Shown here: piece after piece, positions 56,335 to 64,000 of the stretch
Position numbering within the stretch: position 1 is the first letter of the stretch
Layout: every line of letters begins with the position of its first letter
IMG/VR virus record: IMGVR_UViG_3300010283_000006
Span: 4,007 to 68,006 of that record
Reading direction: 5' to 3' (one strand)
Source of the DNA: a virus
Taxonomy: Duplodnaviria > Caudoviricetes
DNA length: 64,000 bases
Notes under the pieces: generated by a model
Seen by the model: the letters and a program-made list of their open reading frames with translations, nothing else
Databases searched by the model: none
What the model was told of the DNA's origin: nothing
Made by a program: the position numbers and the translations under genes

Positions 56335-57267
56335 ATGTGCAATTCAATATCCGAAAATAAAACAAAAACGGATTTATGTGAAATTCTCGGAATTAAGCAA
56401 GAAGATTTGGTTCAGCTCGTTCTTCCGTTTACAGTGGCTAAAGCTACATATCCTTGTGCTGTACAAGAAAAGTATGACGGCTGTTTTTGTATCGCATATA
56501 GAGATATGAACAGTGAAGATGGTTTTAGTTATACGAAGATTTATAGTAGAACAGGTAAGCACTATCTTTCGATGCAACATCTAGAGAAGTGCTTTGATGA
56601 AATGTTCAACGGAACAAATAAAGACTTTGTTATCTTTGAAGCTTATATTCCGAATACAATCCAATCTGAAATCAGTGGAGCTTGCCGAGATACAGTTAAT
56701 CAACATCCTGAAATAATTGCTGTTATTCACGATTGGCTAACTATGGGCGAATATCTCGGTAAAGTCCAAACGCCTTACAACACTAGATTAGGTGAGTTAA
56801 TAGTCGCATATTCTAATTTTCATTATCCTTGTATGATGTTACCAAAAGGGAGAGTTTGCTATAACCTTCAGCAGATTAAAGACTTTGCACAAGAAATCTT
56901 TGATAGAGGTGGCGAAGGCGTAGTTGTTAAAAAACTTGCTGGTTATTACAAACATGGTAAAAGAGTAGCTGATTTAATGAAGTACAAACAGACAATCTCT
57001 TATGATTTAGAAGTTGTCGATTTGCAAGAAGGTACTGGTAGGTATAAAAATGCTGTTGGCTCACTGATTTGTAGATTTAGTGGTAATCGACTTATCAGCG
57101 TAGGGACTGGATTAACAGCACAACAACGTAAATTATGGTGGTTAAATAAAAATCTTGCTATTGGACAGATAGCTGAAGTACAGGCTATGAGATTAACAGC
57201 AAGTGGATTATTGAGAGAGCCACGTTTTAAAGGATTCAGAACAGATAAGGCGGTGGCTGATTATTAA
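56335..57267 (+). CDS. ATP-dependent DNA ligase
   Basis: EKYDG adenylation motif, FEAY, EGVVVK, KYK and LREPRF. Confidence 0.9.
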   Translation: MCNSISENKTKTDLCEILGIKQEDLVQLVLPFTVAKATYPCAVQEKYDGCFCIAYRDMNSEDGFSYTKIYSRTGKHYLSMQHLEKCFDEMFNGTNKDFVIFEAYIPNTIQSEISGACRDTVNQHPEIIAVIHDWLTMGEYLGKVQTPYNTRLGELIVAYSNFHYPCMMLPKGRVCYNLQQIKDFAQEIFDRGGEGVVVKKLAGYYKHGKRVADLMKYKQTISYDLEVVDLQEGTGRYKNAVGSLICRFSGNRLISVGTGLTAQQRKLWWLNKNLAIGQIAEVQAMRLTASGLLREPRFKGFRTDKAVADY

Positions 57268-57357
57268 AAATGCAATTATTGAATATCTATTAGCCTTAAT
57301 CGTAGTTGGTAGCTTTTTATTAGTGGCATATTTTTCATTACATTAAGAGGTGATAGA

Positions 57358-57570
57358 GTGAATATTGTTATTATATTAAGTTTATTTTTGCTATTAGCTA
57401 AAGAAGCTGGTTGGACATTAGTTTCGTATGAATCAATCTGTGGCTTTATGGCTTGTTTAGTTGGAACATATGCCTTTATTACCATTATGAGCTTTTTGCT
57501 TTTCGCATGGTTTGTATATTATGTATTGAAGAAAGGGACAGAGTATGGAAGAAACAACAAAAACATCTAA
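57358..57570 (+). CDS. Small membrane protein
   Basis: Two hydrophobic segments. Confidence 0.5.
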   Translation: MNIVIILSLFLLLAKEAGWTLVSYESICGFMACLVGTYAFITIMSFLLFAWFVYYVLKKGTEYGRNNKNI

Positions 57571-57877
57571 GCATTATGGACATAAGATTCAGCCAATAGA
57601 ATACATTCAGCAAGTAATTAAAGATTTACCTGTTAATGGCTTTGAAGGTGCTTGCATTAAAGATATTATCAAATACTGTTCTCGTTATGGTTTAAAGGAT
57701 AGTAAAGAACAAGAAGCTAAGAAAATTCTTGATTATGCTTTATGGCTTTATATGGAAAGTCAAAATATGACAATTAATCCACGTACAGATAATCATGAAG
57801 AAATCTATAAGGTTTTGTTCTTGCCGAGATTTAAAGATGCTTATGGTGGTAAATACGAGGTAGATAATGACTTATAA
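57545..57877 (+). CDS. DUF3310-like protein
   Basis: HYGHKIQPIEYI...IKYCSRYGLK..........KILDY. Confidence 0.75.
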   Translation: MEETTKTSKHYGHKIQPIEYIQQVIKDLPVNGFEGACIKDIIKYCSRYGLKDSKEQEAKKILDYALWLYMESQNMTINPRTDNHEEIYKVLFLPRFKDAYGGKYEVDNDL

Positions 57878-58064
57878 AGATATTAGCTTTTGTCTAAGAA
57901 GTAAAGAACGCTTCTGTAAAGAACATGATAATGCTCCAATTTGTCAAAATAAAAGATGTTTTAGACATGGTTCTAAAATTCCTAGTGATTTACCTAAATG
58001 GGAATTAATCTGTTGAGCAGATATGAGCTATGATTGTAAATATTACAATAAGAAAAATAAGTAA
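57867..58064 (+). pseudogene. Small Cys-rich ORF interrupted by an in-frame TGA at 58014-58016
   Basis: MTYKDISFC...WELIC*ADMSYDCKYYNKKNK; frame stays open 15 codons past the TGA. Confidence 0.45.
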
Positions 58065-58098
58065 AAATACTCAACTCAAAAGAAAAGAGGTTTAGTAA

Positions 58099-58590
58099 AT
58101 GATTTTTTACAAAGATGAGAAAATCAGATTAACTCTTACTGGTAATCGTGATTTTAGTGATTATAGCAAGTTTTGTTTTTATGCTGATAATTTCATTCAG
58201 CAAATTCTTACATCAATACTAATTACTAAAAACTTTAAAAGCAATGAAATTGAAATTATTGTACTTGAAGGAATGGGATTAGAAGATTTTACAAGACAGT
58301 ACGCTAAAGAACACAATTATCATGTCATGGAAGTTGAATTAGGGAATAAAGACGAAATTAAACAAGATTATTTGTCCTTAAAAAATCTATATGGAGATAA
58401 GGTAAGATTAGAAGATTATTTTGATATTGCTAGAAATTATATGATTACAAAGATGGCTAGTTTTGTTCTCATTTTTTGGGATGGCAGAAGAAATTCAACT
58501 AAAATGTTATATGATATATGTCATGCTTCTGATGATGTGAGTTCTATGTTAATTACTTATTCTAAAGTTGGTGCTGGATTATGTTCATAA
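58099..58590 (+). CDS. YspA/SLOG-family-like protein
   Basis: LTLTGNRDFSDY...RNY.....VLIFWDG...STK pattern. Confidence 0.6.
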   Translation: MIFYKDEKIRLTLTGNRDFSDYSKFCFYADNFIQQILTSILITKNFKSNEIEIIVLEGMGLEDFTRQYAKEHNYHVMEVELGNKDEIKQDYLSLKNLYGDKVRLEDYFDIARNYMITKMASFVLIFWDGRRNSTKMLYDICHASDDVSSMLITYSKVGAGLCS

Positions 58591-60518
58591 ACCTGCATAC
58601 TCACGATAGTAAAGGCTCTGTTCGTGATGCAATAGCTATTCCTGAAGAAATTACTGCTAGAGTAAAAGAGTTAAATCAAACTGCTTATGCTATCACTAAT
58701 CATGGTAGTACGAGCAGTCTACTAACTCATTATAAGTTAGCTAAAAAAGCTGATTTAAAATTTGTCTTTGGTTTAGAAGCATATATCTGTTCTCATATCG
58801 GTATTAAAGATAGAGATTATAAGCATATCTGTTTGTTCGCTAAAGATATGACTGGTTATCTAAATATTTTAAAGATGGCTACAATCAGTTATGATAAAGG
58901 TTTCTATTATAAGCCTAGAATTGACTGGAATATTCTTAGAGAACATCAAGAAGGGTTAATTATCTCTAGTGCTTGTTTAGGTGGTATTCTTGTTTTCAGG
59001 AATGAAGATGGTAGTTTTAATGAAATGGCTATCTTTCACGAATTAGAAAAATGTAAGAATGATTTTGGTGATAACTTTTATATTGAGTTCCATACTAATC
59101 AGATGAAAGAACAGATTGAGTTTAATAAGTTGTTATATCGTATGTGTAATGATTTGAATATTACGAATGTTATAGCTACTTGCGATGCTCATTATGTTTT
59201 AAAAGAACAGGCTTGGGTACATCGTTATTGGAATGGTATTGATGAAAATGATGAGAAAGCCTATTATCAGACAGATGATTTTTACTTACATTCAGAAGAT
59301 GAAGTAAAGAAAGCATTGTCTTATTTGCCTAAAGATTTTGTTCAACTTTGCATTGATAATACAGTTAAATTGACTGATAGATGTAATGTTGAATTAAAGT
59401 TTGGTGAAGATAATTTCCCAATCTATAAATGTGATAATCAGGTCGAGAAAGTTAAAGAAATTTGTAGAATAGGTTGGAAAGATAAGATTATTCCATTTAT
59501 TCCTAAAGATAATCGACAGGTGTATTTAGATAGGTTTCTTGAAGAAATGAATATTTTAGAGAAAGCTAATTATCTTAATATGATGCTGATTACATGGGAT
59601 TATATGAAGTGGGGACAGGATAATGGTATTCGGTTTGGTGTAGGTAGGGGAAGTGTAGGTGGCAGTTTAGTTGCTTATTTAATGGATATAACTAAAGTAG
59701 ACCCAGTTAAAAACAATTTATATTTTTCACGTTTCTGTAATTTACATAGAGTGACAACCGCGGATATAGATGTCGATGTTATGCAAAGAGAAAGACAAAG
59801 AGTAATTGAATACCTGCGTGAGAAGTATGGTTATGTTTATCAGGTTAGAACTTTTACAAGTATGAAGCCTAAAGCCGCTTTACAGAAAGCTGGAATGTGT
59901 TTAGGTGTGCAAGCTAGTAAAATCAGAGAGTTATCTAAATTAATCAATGATGATGATAAATTATCTAATGATGATAAGTTTGCTGATATTCCACTTAAAA
60001 CAGAAGAAGATAAAAAGCTAGTTAAATTAGCTAAAGCATTTTTAGGTATTATTTCTAATACTTCTGTTCATGCTAGTGCAGTATTGGTTTTTCCAAAAGA
60101 GCCAACTAATTTCTGTGCTATTGAACGAAAAGGTGATACTTTCTTAGCGGCTTATGATTACCACGAATTAGAAGAATTAGGCTTAGCTAAGATTGATGTT
60201 CTTGGTTTGAAAAATATGGATATTATTCAAGATACTTTAGATTTACTTAAACAACAAGGTATTGATTTAGATTTAAATACAATTCCAACAGACGATAGTA
60301 AAACAGCAGAATTATTGTGTAATGCTGAAACTGCTGGTGTATTTCAGATTGAAAGTAATATGATGCGTGGTTTAGTAAAGGAAATTCAGCCAAAGTGTTT
60401 TGAAGATTTAACTGCTATTGTTGCTTTAGGTAGACCAGCAGTATTATCTTGTGGAATTGACAAAGAGTATATCAAAGAAAGGAAGAAAAAGATTGGTATT
60501 CATTCTAGGACAAAATAA
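58581..60518 (+). CDS. dnaE: DNA polymerase III alpha, N-terminal part (PHP + palm)
   Basis: LHTHD/TNHG/CDAHY PHP, GRGSVGGSLVAY, ADIDVD, HASAV and KIDVLGL; ends after ALGRP. Confidence 0.92.
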   Translation: MFINLHTHDSKGSVRDAIAIPEEITARVKELNQTAYAITNHGSTSSLLTHYKLAKKADLKFVFGLEAYICSHIGIKDRDYKHICLFAKDMTGYLNILKMATISYDKGFYYKPRIDWNILREHQEGLIISSACLGGILVFRNEDGSFNEMAIFHELEKCKNDFGDNFYIEFHTNQMKEQIEFNKLLYRMCNDLNITNVIATCDAHYVLKEQAWVHRYWNGIDENDEKAYYQTDDFYLHSEDEVKKALSYLPKDFVQLCIDNTVKLTDRCNVELKFGEDNFPIYKCDNQVEKVKEICRIGWKDKIIPFIPKDNRQVYLDRFLEEMNILEKANYLNMMLITWDYMKWGQDNGIRFGVGRGSVGGSLVAYLMDITKVDPVKNNLYFSRFCNLHRVTTADIDVDVMQRERQRVIEYLREKYGYVYQVRTFTSMKPKAALQKAGMCLGVQASKIRELSKLINDDDKLSNDDKFADIPLKTEEDKKLVKLAKAFLGIISNTSVHASAVLVFPKEPTNFCAIERKGDTFLAAYDYHELEELGLAKIDVLGLKNMDIIQDTLDLLKQQGIDLDLNTIPTDDSKTAELLCNAETAGVFQIESNMMRGLVKEIQPKCFEDLTAIVALGRPAVLSCGIDKEYIKERKKKIGIHSRTK

Positions 60519-60735
60519 AGATATTATCATTACTGACATTAGTAAATATTATTTTTGCTATGATTACTATGAGTATAAAAAAGAATACTGGTTGTTAGCT
60601 CAACCTATCGACAGTGACGAATCTTCTAGAGCTTTAGTTTTAGGTGAGTTTAATGAAGAATATAAGGCACAAGAAGCTTTAGAAGAAATGTATTCTGCTT
60701 TAAAAGAAGGATGTAGTTACGAGGTGAAAGCATGA
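60451..60735 (+). CDS. Hypothetical protein inside the dnaE split (start may be TTG 60493)
   Basis: ILGQNKD...LGEFN..YKAQEAL typical small phage family. Confidence 0.6.
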   Translation: MELTKSISKKGRKRLVFILGQNKDIIITDISKYYFCYDYYEYKKEYWLLAQPIDSDESSRALVLGEFNEEYKAQEALEEMYSALKEGCSYEVKA

Positions 60736-60911
60736 TGATTAAAACTTATTTGACTTTTACAGCATTGTGTTTACTTGTTCTTGATTTGTATTGTACTAGC
60801 AAGATGATTTTAGAAGATGATATAGATAAATCCACTCAATATTGTAAGATTGGTATTGGTTTGTCTGTTTCTGTAATTTTAATTTGTCTGTATTCGTGGG
60901 TGATGTTATGA
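60732..60911 (+). CDS. Small two-TM protein inside the dnaE split
   Basis: GAGGTG RBS; ATGA-coupled on both sides. Confidence 0.55.
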   Translation: MMIKTYLTFTALCLLVLDLYCTSKMILEDDIDKSTQYCKIGIGLSVSVILICLYSWVML

Positions 60912-61222
60912 AAAATAAAGTAGTCTATGTTTACGAAAATCACGCTGGCGGTGATAATTTTATCAGTGATAAAGAATATACTGATGAAGAATTATATTGT
61001 GAAGAATGTAGAGATAGTGATAGACTACTTTATAAAGGCACATACGATGAAATTCTTACTTTGTTAAAGAAAGATATTAAGAAGGCTCAACGTATCTATA
61101 AAAAGGCTAATACTGACAATGAAAGGTTTGATGCAGAATTTGAACTTGATAGAGCTGTATCTAACTATCAATATATTAATAACTTGCTTAATCAGTATTT
61201 TTGGGATAGAGAGGAAGAATAA
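60908..61222 (+). CDS. Hypothetical protein inside the dnaE split
   Basis: YVYENHAGG...CEEC.DSD motif. Confidence 0.6.
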   Translation: MKNKVVYVYENHAGGDNFISDKEYTDEELYCEECRDSDRLLYKGTYDEILTLLKKDIKKAQRIYKKANTDNERFDAEFELDRAVSNYQYINNLLNQYFWDREEE

Positions 61223-61377
61223 TGCTAGAACATGAAATTGCTTATATAACAGCAGTTACTTATGTATTATTTCGTTTGATTGCTGTCGGATTATTGTTAT
61301 TTGTATTAGCTACTTTGTCTATGTACGCTTTTTATTATCTGTTGAAATTAGGGAGAAAATTATTCGATGAGTGGTAA
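61222..61377 (+). CDS. Small membrane protein inside the dnaE split
   Basis: TAATG-coupled, 51 aa, hydrophobic; overlaps the dnaE-C start. Confidence 0.5.
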   Translation: MLEHEIAYITAVTYVLFRLIAVGLLLFVLATLSMYAFYYLLKLGRKLFDEW

Positions 61378-63373
61378 TATTATTTTACATGGGTTAGATG
61401 AAAGACTTGATAAGATTTTAGAAGATACTTATTATCAGCTAATTTATCAAGAACAGGTAACTGCAATAGCTACGCAATTAGCTGGTTGGTCAGAAGGTGA
61501 AGCTGATGGTATTCGTAAAACTATCGGCAGAAAAATTCAGAAAGAACTTGACTTGCTTATTCCTAGACTGATTAAAGATTTTATTAGTCATGGAATGAAA
61601 GAAGAAAGTGCAAAACAATTAGCTAGTGCTATACAGGCTTGTGGTAGCTACTCGTTCAATAAATGTTTAGCTGGTAGTGAAACTATTATGCGATTAAATA
61701 ATTGTATGCCCTTAACGCTAGAGGAAATGTATAAGATTTGTAATAACAAAGATTATGCTAAAAAAACAGGGCATAGAAGTCTGTGTTTTAAATATCGTAG
61801 ACATAATTATGGTACTGGTTATAGCATGGATGAAGAAAATACAGTTATAGATAATAGAATTTTTAATATTGAATTTGGTGGAATTAGAGAAGTATTTAAA
61901 GTTACTTTATCTAATGGCGAAACTGTTCGTTGTACATCTAACCATAAATTTCCAACTAATAAGGGTGTATTGCAATTATCAGAGTTACAGGTAGGTGATA
62001 GTCTTTATGTAATTAAAAAAGAAAAGCAATTAAATTATGGCTATATGGTTGGAGAAGGAACTAATTTACCGCAAAAAGGGCAATTAGGTTTTCAAAAAAA
62101 AGAAATTGCTATATCTAGAATATTTGAAAACTATCGTGATGAATGTAAAAATTTAAAAAAATCATGTGAACTTTGTGGTAAGTCTTATGATGGAAGTAGG
62201 TTTGAATTACATCATAAGGATTTAAATAGAAATAATAGTAACTTAACTAATCTTCAATGGCTGTGTTGTTCTTGTCATAAAAAAGAACATTATCGTATCG
62301 GTAGGCGTTCTGTTGGGTATGCTAGAAGATATTTTGAAGAATGTGAAATTATATCTATTGTACCTGATGGCGTTGATAATACTTATTCAGTGGAAATGCT
62401 TGGTGAGCCACATAATTTCGTGTTAGCTAATGGTATTGTAAGTTGTAATTCTCATTCTGTTGAATATGGTTTAATAGCATATCAAACAGCCTACTTAAAG
62501 GCTAATTACCCAGTACAATATATGTGCTCATTACTTAATGCCAATATAGATACAACAGATGATGTAATTCCTTATATCAACGAATGTAAGCGTATGGGAA
62601 TTAAAATATTACCACCTGATGTAAGTAGAGGAAATCTTCTCTTTGTTCCTGAAAATGGTGCTATCAGAGTTGGTTTGTCTTATATTAAAGGTATTAGCAA
62701 TATTACTGTCGATTATTCTGATAAAGGCAATCTAATTAACTTCTTTGCTCGTAATAAATATAACAAGCGTATTAAAGAAGCATTAATTAAAGCTGGTGCA
62801 TTAGATTGTTTTAATTGTAGTAGAGCAGAACAATTTGCTATCGCCATGAATATCAAAGATGAAATCAATAGCGAGAAAACTAAAATTAGAGTGGCTAATA
62901 CTAAAATCAGAGAAAAAGAAGAAGAATTAGCTAAATCTAAAGAAGGCACTAAAAAGGTTGGTAATCTTAAAAACCAAATAGAAAATCAACATAAAGCTAT
63001 TGCTAAATCAGAAAAAAGAATTAAAGAATTACAAGACAGTATTAAAGCTGATTATGATGAAGCACAAGGCGAAATTGATGTTCTTGGTTTTACTTTTCAT
63101 GATAAATATGAGAAGTACGATACTGAAAAATATCAGGTATATAACAAAGAACTGACAATTCAACAGAAGATAATTTGTGATATTATTTCCGTCAGAAAGA
63201 TTAAAGATAAACGTGGTAGGAATATGGCATTTATATCTGCTATCCCATATATGGGTGTAAAGCAAGACTTTGTTATGTTCGCTAATCACTATCAAGAAGT
63301 TAAAGACGGAATATATGCTATGTTAGTAGCTGGAAATCAAGTTATCGGCGTTGGTGTAGCACAAAAAAAATAG
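61367..63373 (+). CDS. dnaE: DNA polymerase III alpha, C-terminal part (fingers/HhH/OB) with intein
   Basis: ILEDTY..IYQEQV, ADGIRKTIGRK, YSFNK|SHS..Y..IAYQTAYLKANYP, ILPPDVS and ALIKAGALD. Confidence 0.92.
   Translation: MSGNIILHGLDERLDKILEDTYYQLIYQEQVTAIATQLAGWSEGEADGIRKTIGRKIQKELDLLIPRLIKDFISHGMKEESAKQLASAIQACGSYSFNKCLAGSETIMRLNNCMPLTLEEMYKICNNKDYAKKTGHRSLCFKYRRHNYGTGYSMDEENTVIDNRIFNIEFGGIREVFKVTLSNGETVRCTSNHKFPTNKGVLQLSELQVGDSLYVIKKEKQLNYGYMVGEGTNLPQKGQLGFQKKEIAISRIFENYRDECKNLKKSCELCGKSYDGSRFELHHKDLNRNNSNLTNLQWLCCSCHKKEHYRIGRRSVGYARRYFEECEIISIVPDGVDNTYSVEMLGEPHNFVLANGIVSCNSHSVEYGLIAYQTAYLKANYPVQYMCSLLNANIDTTDDVIPYINECKRMGIKILPPDVSRGNLLFVPENGAIRVGLSYIKGISNITVDYSDKGNLINFFARNKYNKRIKEALIKAGALDCFNCSRAEQFAIAMNIKDEINSEKTKIRVANTKIREKEEELAKSKEGTKKVGNLKNQIENQHKAIAKSEKRIKELQDSIKADYDEAQGEIDVLGFTFHDKYEKYDTEKYQVYNKELTIQQKIICDIISVRKIKDKRGRNMAFISAIPYMGVKQDFVMFANHYQEVKDGIYAMLVAGNQVIGVGVAQKK
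61664..62449 (+). mobile_element. Intein (262 aa) with HNH endonuclease, inserted at FNK/SH
   Basis: Starts CLAG, block B CTSNHKF, HNH CELC...HHKD.N..N...NLQWLC..CH..EH, ends HNFVLANGIVSCN before Ser. Confidence 0.92.
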
Positions 63374-63396
63374 ACTGGACATTTTAGTCCAGCCTA
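63371..63396. terminator. Bidirectional terminator hairpin
   Basis: CTGGAC-atttta-GTCCAG between converging dnaE-C and repressor. Confidence 0.55.
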
Positions 63397-63405
63397 TCTT
63401 AAAAA

Positions 63406-63789
63406 TTATAATTGTGAGCCAATCTCTTTAGCTTTGCGTTCAAGTTCAGTTACTTTGTCTTGTTTGCATTGCTGATAAGCTTTTATAATATATGGAACAG
63501 CTTCATCGCTATCAAGCCAACGTCTGATTTGTGAGCTAAGGCAATTTGTATTTAAAGGTTTAATCCAAAAATCAGCAGATGTATTGAACTTTTCACATAA
63601 TCTGTCTACGAGTTCTACTGAAATTTTAGTGACTTTACCTTTCTCGTTTTGATAATATGTAGTGTAACTAGAGCCGATAAATTTAGCAAATTCGTTAATT
63701 CCTAAACCTAATTTCATACGAGCATTGTAAAGTTTTTGGGCAAATTGAGAAACGTCATAATCATTCCCTGAATAAAACTTCATAGTCAT
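63406..63789 (-). CDS. cI-like XRE repressor
   Basis: KLYNARMKLGLGINEFAKFIG.S..TY...EKG HTH. Confidence 0.8.
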   Translation of the reverse strand: MTMKFYSGNDYDVSQFAQKLYNARMKLGLGINEFAKFIGSSYTTYYQNEKGKVTKISVELVDRLCEKFNTSADFWIKPLNTNCLSSQIRRWLDSDEAVPYIIKAYQQCKQDKVTELERKAKEIGSQL

Positions 63790-63822
63790 TTTGATAACTC
63801 CTTTCTCATTCTCTATGATTTA

Positions 63823-63851
63823 ATTATACGTTATAAATTCAAATATGTCAA
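63823..63851 (-). promoter_or_regulatory. Consensus promoter of the repressor gene
   Basis: Minus strand TTGACA-17-TATAAT, perfect consensus. Confidence 0.88.
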
Positions 63852-64000
63852 TCCGAATAATGAATTATAATACTAAAGTTTCTGAAATATGATGTGTAAT
63901 TATTCAAAAAGGGATTAGAAATGTTTTCAAAAATGTTTTTTAGAAACGTAGATACAGTAACCATGCTGGTTTGAAGGCATTGTTCGCTTTTATACTATAA

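Noticed and set aside
60519-61366. Intron or split intein bridging the two dnaE halves
   Set aside because: Gap is filled by four coupled RBS-led ORFs, no group I/II core was recognised, and neither half has intein termini at the break.
1-64000. Genome-wide stop-codon reassignment
   Set aside because: Long genes are intact under code 11, all three stops terminate genes, and no suppressor tRNA was found; one TGA case is reported separately.
1-64000. Prophage boundary or host genes
   Set aside because: No host housekeeping genes or recognisable att core seen; all identifiable genes fit a phage.

Overview
64 kb slice of a large, AT-rich, probably temperate tailed phage (siphovirus-type). No host chromosomal genes were seen. 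Firmicutes-style expression signals combined with a lambda-like tail tip, a catalytic-only M15A endolysin and a spanin candidate suggest a diderm Firmicute (Negativicutes-like) host (inference). Layout: replication and nucleotide metabolism (primase-helicase, Cas4-like exonuclease, resolvase, SSB, class II RNR, radical SAM, ThyX-like, dUTPase; 1-15.4 kb); a Xer-like tyrosine recombinase; a divergent early region of small ORFs (17-24.4 kb); a non-coding stretch with tRNA-Thr and a large modular structured RNA (24.4-26.3 kb); packaging, head and tail genes (26.6-48.7 kb); four radical SAM/SPASM genes; lysis; then ligase, a two-gene DnaE with an HNH intein and a cI-like repressor. Main hits: (1) a cryptic 495-bp invertible cassette (14-bp inverted repeats) that would swap the C-terminal tip of a tail-fibre protein between two paralogous His/Cys-motif ends, directly upstream of four radical SAM/SPASM enzymes that may mature those tips; (2) five hairpins with an invariant 19-nt loop and covarying stems in the leader of the leftward early transcript; (3) a ~440-nt RNA with duplicated covarying modules after the tRNA; (4) DnaE split into two genes with no intein at the split. 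All calls are from reading the sequence; no searches were run.
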